From IMG/VR virus record IMGVR_UViG_3300028888_000049: a stretch of DNA of 64,000 nucleotides; one strand, written 5' to 3'. The notes beneath the pieces were generated by a model. That model saw only the letters and a list, made by a program, of their open reading frames with translations, had not been told where the DNA came from and ran no database searches. A program made the position numbers and the translations under genes. This document shows, in pieces, positions 49,217 to 58,347 of this stretch. Origin of the DNA: a virus. Its lineage: Duplodnaviria > Caudoviricetes. How positions within the stretch are numbered: the stretch's first letter is position 1; each line of letters opens with the position of its first letter.

Positions 49217-50014
49217 TTATGACCAACCTAAGTGTCCATGTAAAACAGAATCATTCTTCAGTGAGTCAGTTTCTTCTTTTAACTTTTCTAATCTTCTTTG
49301 TAATGCGTCAGTAGAAATCGTAAAATCGGCTTCTAACTGTAAAGATTCACGAGCTGTGATAATTGATTCAATAAAGCGGTAAGAAACGAACTTACACAAC
49401 CAATCAAACTTACTCATATCTACATATTCTGGAGTAGTAAAACCAAGAGCACTAATAATAGAAATTTGACCTAAACCGAATGGTGAGATCAAATGAATTC
49501 TATTCTTAGTGCGATCAATCCAATACTCAGCTTGACCAGTACTAAGTTCGTCATAGCTGTTTTGAACTAGTTGTGATGTGATATCGACATTAGTACTAGA
49601 ACTACCATATACAAATCCAAACATCTGAGTCGACCATACCGAAGGATTCTGCAAATTAGAAAACGGAGGTCTCTGAACAGATAAGAGACCTAGCACATAG
49701 GCGTTTTCTAATTGCTCCTGCGGTATTGCCGGCTGTCCTCCAGTTAGTAGGTCTTTAAAGTCTATATACATGCCGTTATCGTCTTTCATTGGAGCTGTAC
49801 CTGGCCATACTACGTTTTCTCCTGAAGTTGAAGAGTTGTAGGTAGTGATGTATACAGATTTCATAGGGAAGCATCTGTAGTAGTCTAGAGTACCTAAGGT
49901 GATAGCTTGTTCGCGTATATTACGTTCTAAGTTAGAAATTGTTCCGTTAGGATTACCTAGATCAAGAGAGAGAGCTTGTTCTAGAAGAGGTCTTATTTTA
50001 GGAAAGTTTGCCAT
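49217..50014 (-). CDS. neck/head-completion protein candidate (gp13-like)
   Basis: LDYY..FP near the N-terminus, W..K...E...E.L helical C-terminus; size and context. Confidence 0.5.
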   Translation of the reverse strand: MANFPKIRPLLEQALSLDLGNPNGTISNLERNIREQAITLGTLDYYRCFPMKSVYITTYNSSTSGENVVWPGTAPMKDDNGMYIDFKDLLTGGQPAIPQEQLENAYVLGLLSVQRPPFSNLQNPSVWSTQMFGFVYGSSSTNVDITSQLVQNSYDELSTGQAEYWIDRTKNRIHLISPFGLGQISIISALGFTTPEYVDMSKFDWLCKFVSYRFIESIITARESLQLEADFTISTDALQRRLEKLKEETDSLKNDSVLHGHLGWS

Positions 50015-50049
50015 GGATTTATTTCCTTATTTTCTTGGTTATTTTTTTA

Positions 50050-50499
50050 TTAGTAACCGTATTTGTCTTCTTTATAATCTTCGTAAGTCCAAATTTTTTC
50101 AGGATCATCATCCCAGATATTCATATCTTTTGTGAATACCTTTACTACTTTTGCTTGTTTATTTGGATTTTGTTGTAAGTATTCATTAGCAATAGCTTGT
50201 GCTTCTTCTTCCGTATCCCATAGATTCTTAATTTCTGGTTCATAGTCTGTTGTTAAATTATTATTAACTTCTAGTGTACGGTTTCCATCTTCTGTATTTA
50301 AGTCTATATATTCTTTACCAAACTTTGGAACTATCTCTACGAATACTGCATACTTTGTTGCTGCTGGTTCTTGTGCATCTAACCAATCTTCGTATGCACC
50401 ATCTTCTTCATAATCAGGATTTGTAGTTCTCCAATAATCGTAAGATCTTGGCAACTCTTCTTTTAATATGCTTTCTACAATTTCTCTTATTTTAGACAT
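50050..50499 (-). CDS. acidic putative internal virion protein
   Basis: N-terminal IREIVESILKEE motif; late promoter 50557-62. Confidence 0.55.
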   Translation of the reverse strand: MSKIREIVESILKEELPRSYDYWRTTNPDYEEDGAYEDWLDAQEPAATKYAVFVEIVPKFGKEYIDLNTEDGNRTLEVNNNLTTDYEPEIKNLWDTEEEAQAIANEYLQQNPNKQAKVVKVFTKDMNIWDDDPEKIWTYEDYKEDKYGY

Positions 50500-50635
50500 G
50501 ATGATTTAATTCCCTTTATAAATGTTTGTAATGGATAATAGCTAATATTTAATATTTAGAACTTAAAAAGTAAAGCAAAATATAATGAGATCAACATATC
50601 TACTATAAAATCAATAATATAAAAATTAGATTTAT

Positions 50636-50689
50636 GAGGCTAGTTTTAAAGTATAGGTTTAAAACAGGATCCGTCGATCTTTTCGCCTC
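50636..50689 (-). ncRNA. three-way-junction RNA, circular permutation of 12403..12449
   Basis: GAGGC-GAAAA-GATC(GACG)GATC-CT-GTTTTAAA(CCTATAC)TTTAAAAC-TA-GCCTC; starts N6 after GTTCTA at 50701-50696. Confidence 0.7.
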
Positions 50690-50707
50690 AAATAATAGAA
50701 CTAAAAA

Positions 50708-52201
50708 TTAATTACCAGTAGAATCATTTCCGTAAATATTGTAACCAAGCTCTTTATTTGCAAAATATTCATCAGAATCATATTGCATAGATTCTGGAGC
50801 AGTTTTATATTCTTCATAAGTTAAGTCAGGATTATTATACCATTTTTCAAATTCTATCAAATTAAACCATTCAATTAACTTTAATCCAGCTTCTTTAGCA
50901 ACTTTCCTTTTTAATGGTTCTAATTCTGTCCAAGTATGTAAGACTTTTTCATAATAATTACCTGGTTTAGCTTTAGATTTTAACCATAACAAATCTTTCT
51001 GACATCCTGGATCTGTTGGATCATACTTTCTCCTACCATGTCGCCAATTTTTGTTATAGTTAAAAGCTGTATCTGAGTCAGGATCGTAGAAATCGATTTG
51101 CCAATGTCTATGAGTTTCAGGAGATATAAAACGATCATCTGTATATGACATTATAATATTAGGATATTTCTTCTTTAAGAGATCAAAAATATAAAGTTCG
51201 TCTGAAGAACTGTTATATCCAGTTTTCTTATCAAATATCTTTTCATCGCCTTCATCTAAAATACTCTCATTAGAAGCCATTTTTTGGTTCGTGGTGAGCT
51301 TTTTCGTTTCTTTAGTATAAGTTATAGGCAATTCTGGATATAGCTCCTTAAACAAGTTTTTACCGCGTTCTAGAACGTCTTGTGGAGTATTTAATGATGC
51401 TATATCACTAAGATTTAATGTTTTATCCCAATCTTTATTATTTACAAAATCTGAATTTATTATTAGACCTGTTAGATATTTGCTAACATTTTGTAAAGTA
51501 TGTACTTCATCATCATTTATTAAGTCTAAATCTGTATTACCTTTATTTAATCTATCTGTAAAGTTTACTTTATTCTTTTTATTAGGAATAACAACAGTTT
51601 CATACTCTGAATGTTTTTTTATTGTATTCTGTGAAAAAGGAGCATAGTCAAAAGGTTTAGTTATGTTATTTTCTGATATTTTATCACCATCAAATACTAA
51701 AATAAAAGGATTATTATCATATATAAAGTTTTTATTTCTTGTAAATGATATACCTGGTTCTAAGTGAGATTTCAAAGTATTTGTTCTTAAGATATTAGTT
51801 AAACCTTTTAATGTAGTAGTGTGATATAAAGGACCTACTTGTTTAGCTTCATTCATTAAAGATTCTTTTACATCATCATTAAGTTTTTCTAATATATCCT
51901 CTAATTTATCTTGATTTGTTACTTTTACTTGATTGAATAGAGAATCATTAGACATCATGATGATAGGTTCTTGTAAGTCTTTTATGATTCTTTGTAATGT
52001 ATCTAATTGTTGTGGAGTTATATCTTCAATAGCTGGTAGCATAATAGTTTTAGTAATAGTATCATAGATTATGTTATTGTTATCATAGAGATCTTCATCA
52101 ACATAATCATCTTCTATTGTTTCTTGACCATTTTGACCTATAATAACTAATTCAATACTATTTTCAGCAAGATCAAAAAATTCATCTAACAAAGTAGACA
52201 T
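50708..52201 (-). CDS. multidomain putative virion protein: ART-like domain plus degenerate VSR-like nuclease
   Basis: LYHTT...ISFTR...EYE; IDFY...WRHG...WT...PLKR; domains separated by ESLMNE and ESILDE. Confidence 0.6.
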   Translation of the reverse strand: MSTLLDEFFDLAENSIELVIIGQNGQETIEDDYVDEDLYDNNNIIYDTITKTIMLPAIEDITPQQLDTLQRIIKDLQEPIIMMSNDSLFNQVKVTNQDKLEDILEKLNDDVKESLMNEAKQVGPLYHTTTLKGLTNILRTNTLKSHLEPGISFTRNKNFIYDNNPFILVFDGDKISENNITKPFDYAPFSQNTIKKHSEYETVVIPNKKNKVNFTDRLNKGNTDLDLINDDEVHTLQNVSKYLTGLIINSDFVNNKDWDKTLNLSDIASLNTPQDVLERGKNLFKELYPELPITYTKETKKLTTNQKMASNESILDEGDEKIFDKKTGYNSSSDELYIFDLLKKKYPNIIMSYTDDRFISPETHRHWQIDFYDPDSDTAFNYNKNWRHGRRKYDPTDPGCQKDLLWLKSKAKPGNYYEKVLHTWTELEPLKRKVAKEAGLKLIEWFNLIEFEKWYNNPDLTYEEYKTAPESMQYDSDEYFANKELGYNIYGNDSTGN

Positions 52202-52210
52202 TAATTACTC

Positions 52211-55102
52211 CTAATAACCAAATGTTTGCATAATTCTACGATATGGATTAGAACCTGTCATTTTAGCTTTTGCGTTATCATAAGAATGCCAAATTTTAAA
52301 TACACCCTTTCTAGAATCATATCTAACTTGTTGATCTGGATCATAAAATTTAACAGCATCTACTACAAATCCTGGTAAGTCTAAACCATTTTCTACAGCT
52401 CTTTTATAACTTAAAATTAAATTTGTATCTGCAAATTGTGGTGTTTGAGCTTGTCTTATAATAACATCTTCTATTGCTTTTTGTGGTATAGCTAACCATT
52501 CGCCTCTAGGAGTTGTATCTTTACGACGTAACCAAGCTTTTGGAGAAGATGCTTGTTCCCAAATATCTGGCATAGTTCCAGCGCCATCTAATGTATCTAT
52601 ATCTTCTGGATTAGCAAAGCGTTGTGAATCTTTTTCTGCAGTTTGCTGTTGAACTTTATCTAATTCTCCAGTAAATTTTTTCGTATTTCCTTCAGGTGAT
52701 ATAGATGTTAAAAATACTTTATTCATCTTAATTATATCATCGATGGGTGCATCTGGTAAACCTGAAATGAAAACATTCTCAACTTCATTTCTATATTGTT
52801 GATCTTTATCACCAGCAAATAAACCTGCAAAACCACCATTTATTTTTGTAACATTATATGGAAATGTTTGGTGCATATATACTGGATTAATTCCAAGTTG
52901 TCTTAATAATTTACCAAGTGCAACAGAATCCTTAGCATATGTAATTTGCTTATCTTCTAACAATGTTTTAAAGAAACCTACTTCTTCGTTAGATTCTTTT
53001 TTAGTATCAACAGTTCTATTTTTAACATGTATTAAAGCAGATTTCATATCCATGTCACGATTAAACCACAGATAGAAAATTTCTGCAATTTGATCGGCAT
53101 CATATCCTTTTAGATCTTCGCTATTATCTTCATACCATTGAAAATATATATTCTTCATATTTTCTTCGGCTTGTTCAAAACCTTTTAACATTTTTGGATA
53201 ATTGTTACCATGCTTTGATTCTACTGCATCTAACCAAAGTTTATTTAAAGGACTATGCATAATATCATAGAATTCTTTAAATGTCAAATCACGATTATTT
53301 TTAGTTTCAATTTTCCAATGATATACTCCAGAATTATCTTTCCATGGTGTATATCCTAAATCAGAAGCTATAATACCATCACCTTTCTTATTAACTCTTG
53401 CATAAAATACTTGTTTAGAATTACCATGTTCTTCTCTCCAAGGAATGGTATATAATGCATTTGGATTGATTCCTAATTGTAATAAAGTCTTAATTTTACC
53501 AAAATCACCATAATAATCATGCCAAGTTTTATACGCTTCCTCTACTCTATCATAATCATTATTAGTTCTTTTATCTCTTATTGCTTTTTCTGTAGAAATT
53601 TTATGTAATCTATTTTCTATTTCATCTTTTTCTTTATCTGAAACATTAGGATCGGCTAATTGTTTCTTTAAATCTGCAATTTCATTCTTTTCATCATCTG
53701 CCCATGTATCAGCCCTTTCAATATCAGACGGTAATTTATAATCATATTGCTTTTGAAGTTCTTCAGGAGTAATATCATATTCTACAGTTTGTTTTTCTTT
53801 ATCTTTATTTAAAAACTTATCTAATAATTTTTGTTTATCAAAATAAGCATTATATTCATCTGTTAGTTTTTCTACGTCTGCATCATTATTTGAATTATAT
53901 AATTTATCTATTTTGATTTCCATTTTTCTCAAATGATTATTCAATAATGAATTTATTTTATCAATATAAGCCACATCCTCTTTAGACGGTTTGCCTTTAA
54001 TTAATTCCAAAGCTTTATCAAGCTGTTGATCTATACTTAAGTCTTTATCTGAAATTTCTATTTCTGGTACATTAGAATTATTAGCATTAGTTAACTGTAT
54101 CTTTTTGTCAAAAGTTTCTATCTGTTTATCAATATCTTCTAAATCTTTATTTAACTTCTCAATATTAACACTTTGTTTATCTAAATCATTTTTAAGTTGT
54201 CTACGAGTTGCTACTAATTCTGCATAATTTATAAATTGTTTATCCTTATCAAAATTGTTTAAAGAATTACTTTGTTGTTTATTAATATTTTCTAAATTTT
54301 TATTTAACTTTTTAAAATAAGTATTTTGCTTATCTAAATCATTTTTAATTTGTTCACGAGTCTTTAATAATTTTTCATAATCCAAAAGTTGTTTAGTATT
54401 TTCTATCTGTTTATTAATATCTTCTAAGTCTTTATTTAACTTTTCAGTATCAGCATCAGGTTTATTTAAATCTTTTTTAATTTGTTCACTAGTCGCTAAT
54501 AATTTCTTTAATTTTTCATCGTTATCTAACTTATCAATATCAGCATCAGATTTATCTGAATCATTTTTAATTTGTGCATTTGTTGTTAACAATTTTTCAG
54601 TATCAGCTGGTTGCCTATTTTTATTAAAATCTTTAATTTGTTTATTAATATCTTCTAAATCTTTGTTTAATTTTTCAATATCGGCATCTGGTTCATTTAA
54701 ATCTTTTTTAATTTGTCTACGAGTTGCTAATAATTTTTCAAACTCCGGATCACGTTCTTCTTGAAATGTAGTAAAGGTTTCATTAAAGACTTTTGCCAAT
54801 TCTTTACGATATTTTGACATTCCTTCGACTATTTCGATTACATCAGAATTTTCATTAAAACTTAATACATTTTTAGATTCAATCATTTTATTTAATTCCT
54901 TAACTACATCTGAATTCCAAGTTGTTCCATCACTTCCAGTATAATTTTGAAATACCCGTAAAGCTAATTCTTCATCACCATTACAATCTTTTACCAAGCC
55001 ATCAGCAAAACTTTTAGGATCTAATTTAAATAAATCTTTAGATATTTCATGATTAAGATTATCTCTAGATTTAAAATTATCTTCTTTAATATCTAACTCC
55101 AT
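52211..55102 (-). CDS. large coiled-coil repeat protein, putative internal virion protein
   Basis: 963 aa with about five KLLATRRQIKKDL...EKLNKDLEDINKQI repeats. Confidence 0.7.
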   Translation of the reverse strand: MELDIKEDNFKSRDNLNHEISKDLFKLDPKSFADGLVKDCNGDEELALRVFQNYTGSDGTTWNSDVVKELNKMIESKNVLSFNENSDVIEIVEGMSKYRKELAKVFNETFTTFQEERDPEFEKLLATRRQIKKDLNEPDADIEKLNKDLEDINKQIKDFNKNRQPADTEKLLTTNAQIKNDSDKSDADIDKLDNDEKLKKLLATSEQIKKDLNKPDADTEKLNKDLEDINKQIENTKQLLDYEKLLKTREQIKNDLDKQNTYFKKLNKNLENINKQQSNSLNNFDKDKQFINYAELVATRRQLKNDLDKQSVNIEKLNKDLEDIDKQIETFDKKIQLTNANNSNVPEIEISDKDLSIDQQLDKALELIKGKPSKEDVAYIDKINSLLNNHLRKMEIKIDKLYNSNNDADVEKLTDEYNAYFDKQKLLDKFLNKDKEKQTVEYDITPEELQKQYDYKLPSDIERADTWADDEKNEIADLKKQLADPNVSDKEKDEIENRLHKISTEKAIRDKRTNNDYDRVEEAYKTWHDYYGDFGKIKTLLQLGINPNALYTIPWREEHGNSKQVFYARVNKKGDGIIASDLGYTPWKDNSGVYHWKIETKNNRDLTFKEFYDIMHSPLNKLWLDAVESKHGNNYPKMLKGFEQAEENMKNIYFQWYEDNSEDLKGYDADQIAEIFYLWFNRDMDMKSALIHVKNRTVDTKKESNEEVGFFKTLLEDKQITYAKDSVALGKLLRQLGINPVYMHQTFPYNVTKINGGFAGLFAGDKDQQYRNEVENVFISGLPDAPIDDIIKMNKVFLTSISPEGNTKKFTGELDKVQQQTAEKDSQRFANPEDIDTLDGAGTMPDIWEQASSPKAWLRRKDTTPRGEWLAIPQKAIEDVIIRQAQTPQFADTNLILSYKRAVENGLDLPGFVVDAVKFYDPDQQVRYDSRKGVFKIWHSYDNAKAKMTGSNPYRRIMQTFGY
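54110..54740 (-). repeat. intragenic tandem repeats (about five, ~35-aa core)
   Basis: DNA-level near identity, e.g. tgtttattaatatcttctaa and variants recurring. Confidence 0.8.
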
Positions 55103-58100
55103 TATTCCATGCCTTCTAATGATAGTTCTTTACTTGATAATTGATAATAAGCATCCTTTAATCTATCTAAGAACTTATTAGCTCTTAATTTTTTGAAAAG
55201 TAAATTTCCAATACCAAATTCACCTTCCGATTTAAGACTTTCTCTACGAATTGCACCAAAAGCTTGCCATAAAGCTTCAATAGTACTCAAATCTTGACTT
55301 TGAATAGCATCTTCAATAGTTTTTACAATATTTTCATAATATGGCAAATTAACATCATTATATTCTTTTTCTTTATATTCTGGTAATTTAATCCATTGAT
55401 CATCTTTTACTGAATAAATACCAGTTGTAACTAATGGTTCACTTGTTAATTCTGCACCAACTTCTACAGGAATACCTTTAATCATAATGTTATATTTACT
55501 ATTAAATACTGTTTTGGCACTTTGTAAATATCTTTTAAAAATTTCAGCATTAACACCTGCATTTTCTACATCAAAAACTAAATGTAAATCAATGTCTGAA
55601 TCTTCATTATAGTTATAATTAGCACAACTACCTGTGAAATAAATATCTTCTGGATCAAACTGAATGTTTAAATTATCCAAAAACTTATAAGCAATTTCTA
55701 ACATCGCCGCTCTTACATCTTTTTTGAGTTTTTCGTTTTCAAAAAGATTCGGATTTAATCGACTGTTTGTAATACCTTCTGTAATTTGTCCATATTGATT
55801 CAAACCTGCTTCTGCTGATTGTAAATTCAAAAAATCTGCACCTTTATTTACATAAGATTCTTCAACTTGATTTTCATCATTCATTAAATTTTCAAAAGCT
55901 TTAGCAAATAATGTATCATCAATGTCAGCAAGAGTTTTACCATCTTGTTTTAACAACTTACGAACTTCATTCTTAACTTCATTTTCTTTTTCATTGATTT
56001 TAGCATCTATTTCAGGTTTATATTTATTAATCAAAAATTCTTTACGATCATTAATATTTTCAGGATTACGAATACCTGCTTGTTCATATTCTTGAATAAC
56101 TTTATCTTTATTTTCGTCTTTAAACTGATTAGCAAGTGCTTCTAATTCTTCAGCTGTCTTAGAATTTTGAAACTTCTTTAGATATTGTTGTGTTTGCATA
56201 TCTAAAGCTTTATTAATAGTTGCTTGAATTTCAGATTCAATTTGATTATCTACTTTATTTTCTACTTCACTATTAACTTCATTTTTAATTTCATCACTAA
56301 TATTTTGAGGTAATGCAATAGAAGCATTAATATCAGAAACTTCATGATTTTGTATATCTGGATTATAACCTGTCATAAGACTTCTATATTCATCTTGAGA
56401 TAATGGTTTTCCATCACTAGTAAAGTATTGATAACTGTTGTTAGAAACACCTTGAGGATTTCTATCTGGATTTTCAACAGTCTTACCTAATTTATTTAAT
56501 AAACTCTTTTCTAAATCTTTATCTGAATACTTTTTATTCAAAATATCAACAAACTGTCCTTCCATATCACCTTCACCACGCATATTTTTAGGATCAACAG
56601 TCTTGTTCTTATTATATTCGTATTCTTCAGGATCACTTAGCATTTTATGAAGATAAGCTTTTTCTTTAGGTGTAAGAATGTCTTTACGTAACTGATCACT
56701 TAAAGCATAAATCTTTTCTTGTCTTTCTTTCTGAAATCTTTGATAATCATTAAGACCATCTTCACCAATTAAAGGATCATCAGCTTTATATGGATTTTGT
56801 TTTACATTTAATTCATCAATTTTATGCATAATAGCATCATTTTTGGCTTTTTGACGTTCTTGATATTTTGAATTGTCTAAATAATTTACATATCTAGTCT
56901 CAATATCTTTTTTACGCTTATAATCCATATAATTTAAATATAAAGTTTCCAATATTTGTAAAAGTTCTTTTCTTTCATCAATTAATTCTTTACCACGAGT
57001 ATCATAAATATTTTTTAATCTACTATAAAATTCTAAAGAAGTTTCATCTGGCTCTTTTTTAGTAGCGTTTATATTAGATAACTCGGCATTAATCTCATCT
57101 ATTCTTTTTGTAGCACTGTTAATACTTTTAAGCATTTCTGGACTAGCATCTTTCCAGTAATTCATATTTTTATAGTTTTCATTAACAATAGGTACTAATG
57201 CTACTAAACTACCTCTCTGAGACTGTAAATTGCGTAGATTCGTAACAAACTTATTATCTTTCTCTAAAGACGGTTTTTTAGCTAAAGCCGCTTGATATGC
57301 TTGAATTGCAGTATTTGTCTTGTCTAACTGAGATCTAAGATTATTACGTCTTTGTTTTTTATATTTATATTCATCTCTATTTGAAGAAAATAACTTTCTG
57401 ACAATACTATTAATAACATCATTTTTAGAAGCAATAAATGTTATATTACCATCTTCGTCTTTTATGTACTTCCTACTTAATTGAACAGGTTTTCCATTAT
57501 CAGTAACAGTAAAAGAAGCATTATTACCGAATTCACCATCTAATTCTTTTAATACTTCAACAGAAAAGTTCTTATTAGAGAAAACATCATTGTTATAATT
57601 AGGTGTCTCAATATCATCAAATGTTTTAGTCTCTACAACATTACCATCAGCATCTAAACCACGAATTACAACATCATGCTGATCCATATATTGCCAATCA
57701 CCATCTGGATCATACTGAGCATCCCTCTCTCTTTGAACATCATTTCTCTTAGCAACCTTTACAACTCTTTGACCAGGTTTTAAATCTAAATCACGATGTT
57801 GTGTTGTAACATAATTATTTTTAGGAGCGTCTTTACCTAAAGACATCTTCATAAGATCAGATTTATTTAATTCAGTTAATAAAGATTCTGTAACAGATTC
57901 ATACTTTTTCATTAGTTTACCTTGTCCAATAGAGTTAGGATCGCCTTTTAGTCTTTCACGATTTAATTTAGGAATTTCATTTAAGATCTTTACATAGTAT
58001 TCGCCAAGAATATTGTTATTTTTCCATTTGCTGACTGAAGTGCTAAGCATCAAATATGCATCAAAGGAGCTTTTAGCAAACTTTTGAATAAATTCATAAA

Positions 58101-58320
58101 CACCAGTTTCATAACATTTACGCAAAATAAGACCTCTTTTACGCATTTTTGTATAAAAGTCTTTTTTATCGTAAAATCTTCCTTTAACTACAGAAAATTT
58201 ATTCTTATCTGGATCAAGAACGATACCAGTATAATTTTCCATAGTAGCATCTTCAGAACCTGCTTTAGCATATTCATCTAGAGTAATATGTTCTAAATTT
58301 TCAAAAATATCGATTGACAT
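55102..58320 (-). CDS. large putative virion protein with C-terminal Pol-beta-family nucleotidyltransferase
   Basis: YFTGSCANYNY..DSDIDLH...IPVEV...GIYS...W...GNLLFKKLR. Confidence 0.78.
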   Translation of the reverse strand: MSIDIFENLEHITLDEYAKAGSEDATMENYTGIVLDPDKNKFSVVKGRFYDKKDFYTKMRKRGLILRKCYETGVYEFIQKFAKSSFDAYLMLSTSVSKWKNNNILGEYYVKILNEIPKLNRERLKGDPNSIGQGKLMKKYESVTESLLTELNKSDLMKMSLGKDAPKNNYVTTQHRDLDLKPGQRVVKVAKRNDVQRERDAQYDPDGDWQYMDQHDVVIRGLDADGNVVETKTFDDIETPNYNNDVFSNKNFSVEVLKELDGEFGNNASFTVTDNGKPVQLSRKYIKDEDGNITFIASKNDVINSIVRKLFSSNRDEYKYKKQRRNNLRSQLDKTNTAIQAYQAALAKKPSLEKDNKFVTNLRNLQSQRGSLVALVPIVNENYKNMNYWKDASPEMLKSINSATKRIDEINAELSNINATKKEPDETSLEFYSRLKNIYDTRGKELIDERKELLQILETLYLNYMDYKRKKDIETRYVNYLDNSKYQERQKAKNDAIMHKIDELNVKQNPYKADDPLIGEDGLNDYQRFQKERQEKIYALSDQLRKDILTPKEKAYLHKMLSDPEEYEYNKNKTVDPKNMRGEGDMEGQFVDILNKKYSDKDLEKSLLNKLGKTVENPDRNPQGVSNNSYQYFTSDGKPLSQDEYRSLMTGYNPDIQNHEVSDINASIALPQNISDEIKNEVNSEVENKVDNQIESEIQATINKALDMQTQQYLKKFQNSKTAEELEALANQFKDENKDKVIQEYEQAGIRNPENINDRKEFLINKYKPEIDAKINEKENEVKNEVRKLLKQDGKTLADIDDTLFAKAFENLMNDENQVEESYVNKGADFLNLQSAEAGLNQYGQITEGITNSRLNPNLFENEKLKKDVRAAMLEIAYKFLDNLNIQFDPEDIYFTGSCANYNYNEDSDIDLHLVFDVENAGVNAEIFKRYLQSAKTVFNSKYNIMIKGIPVEVGAELTSEPLVTTGIYSVKDDQWIKLPEYKEKEYNDVNLPYYENIVKTIEDAIQSQDLSTIEALWQAFGAIRRESLKSEGEFGIGNLLFKKLRANKFLDRLKDAYYQLSSKELSLEGME

Positions 58321-58347
58321 AAAATAAAAGTCCTAAATAAACATTTA

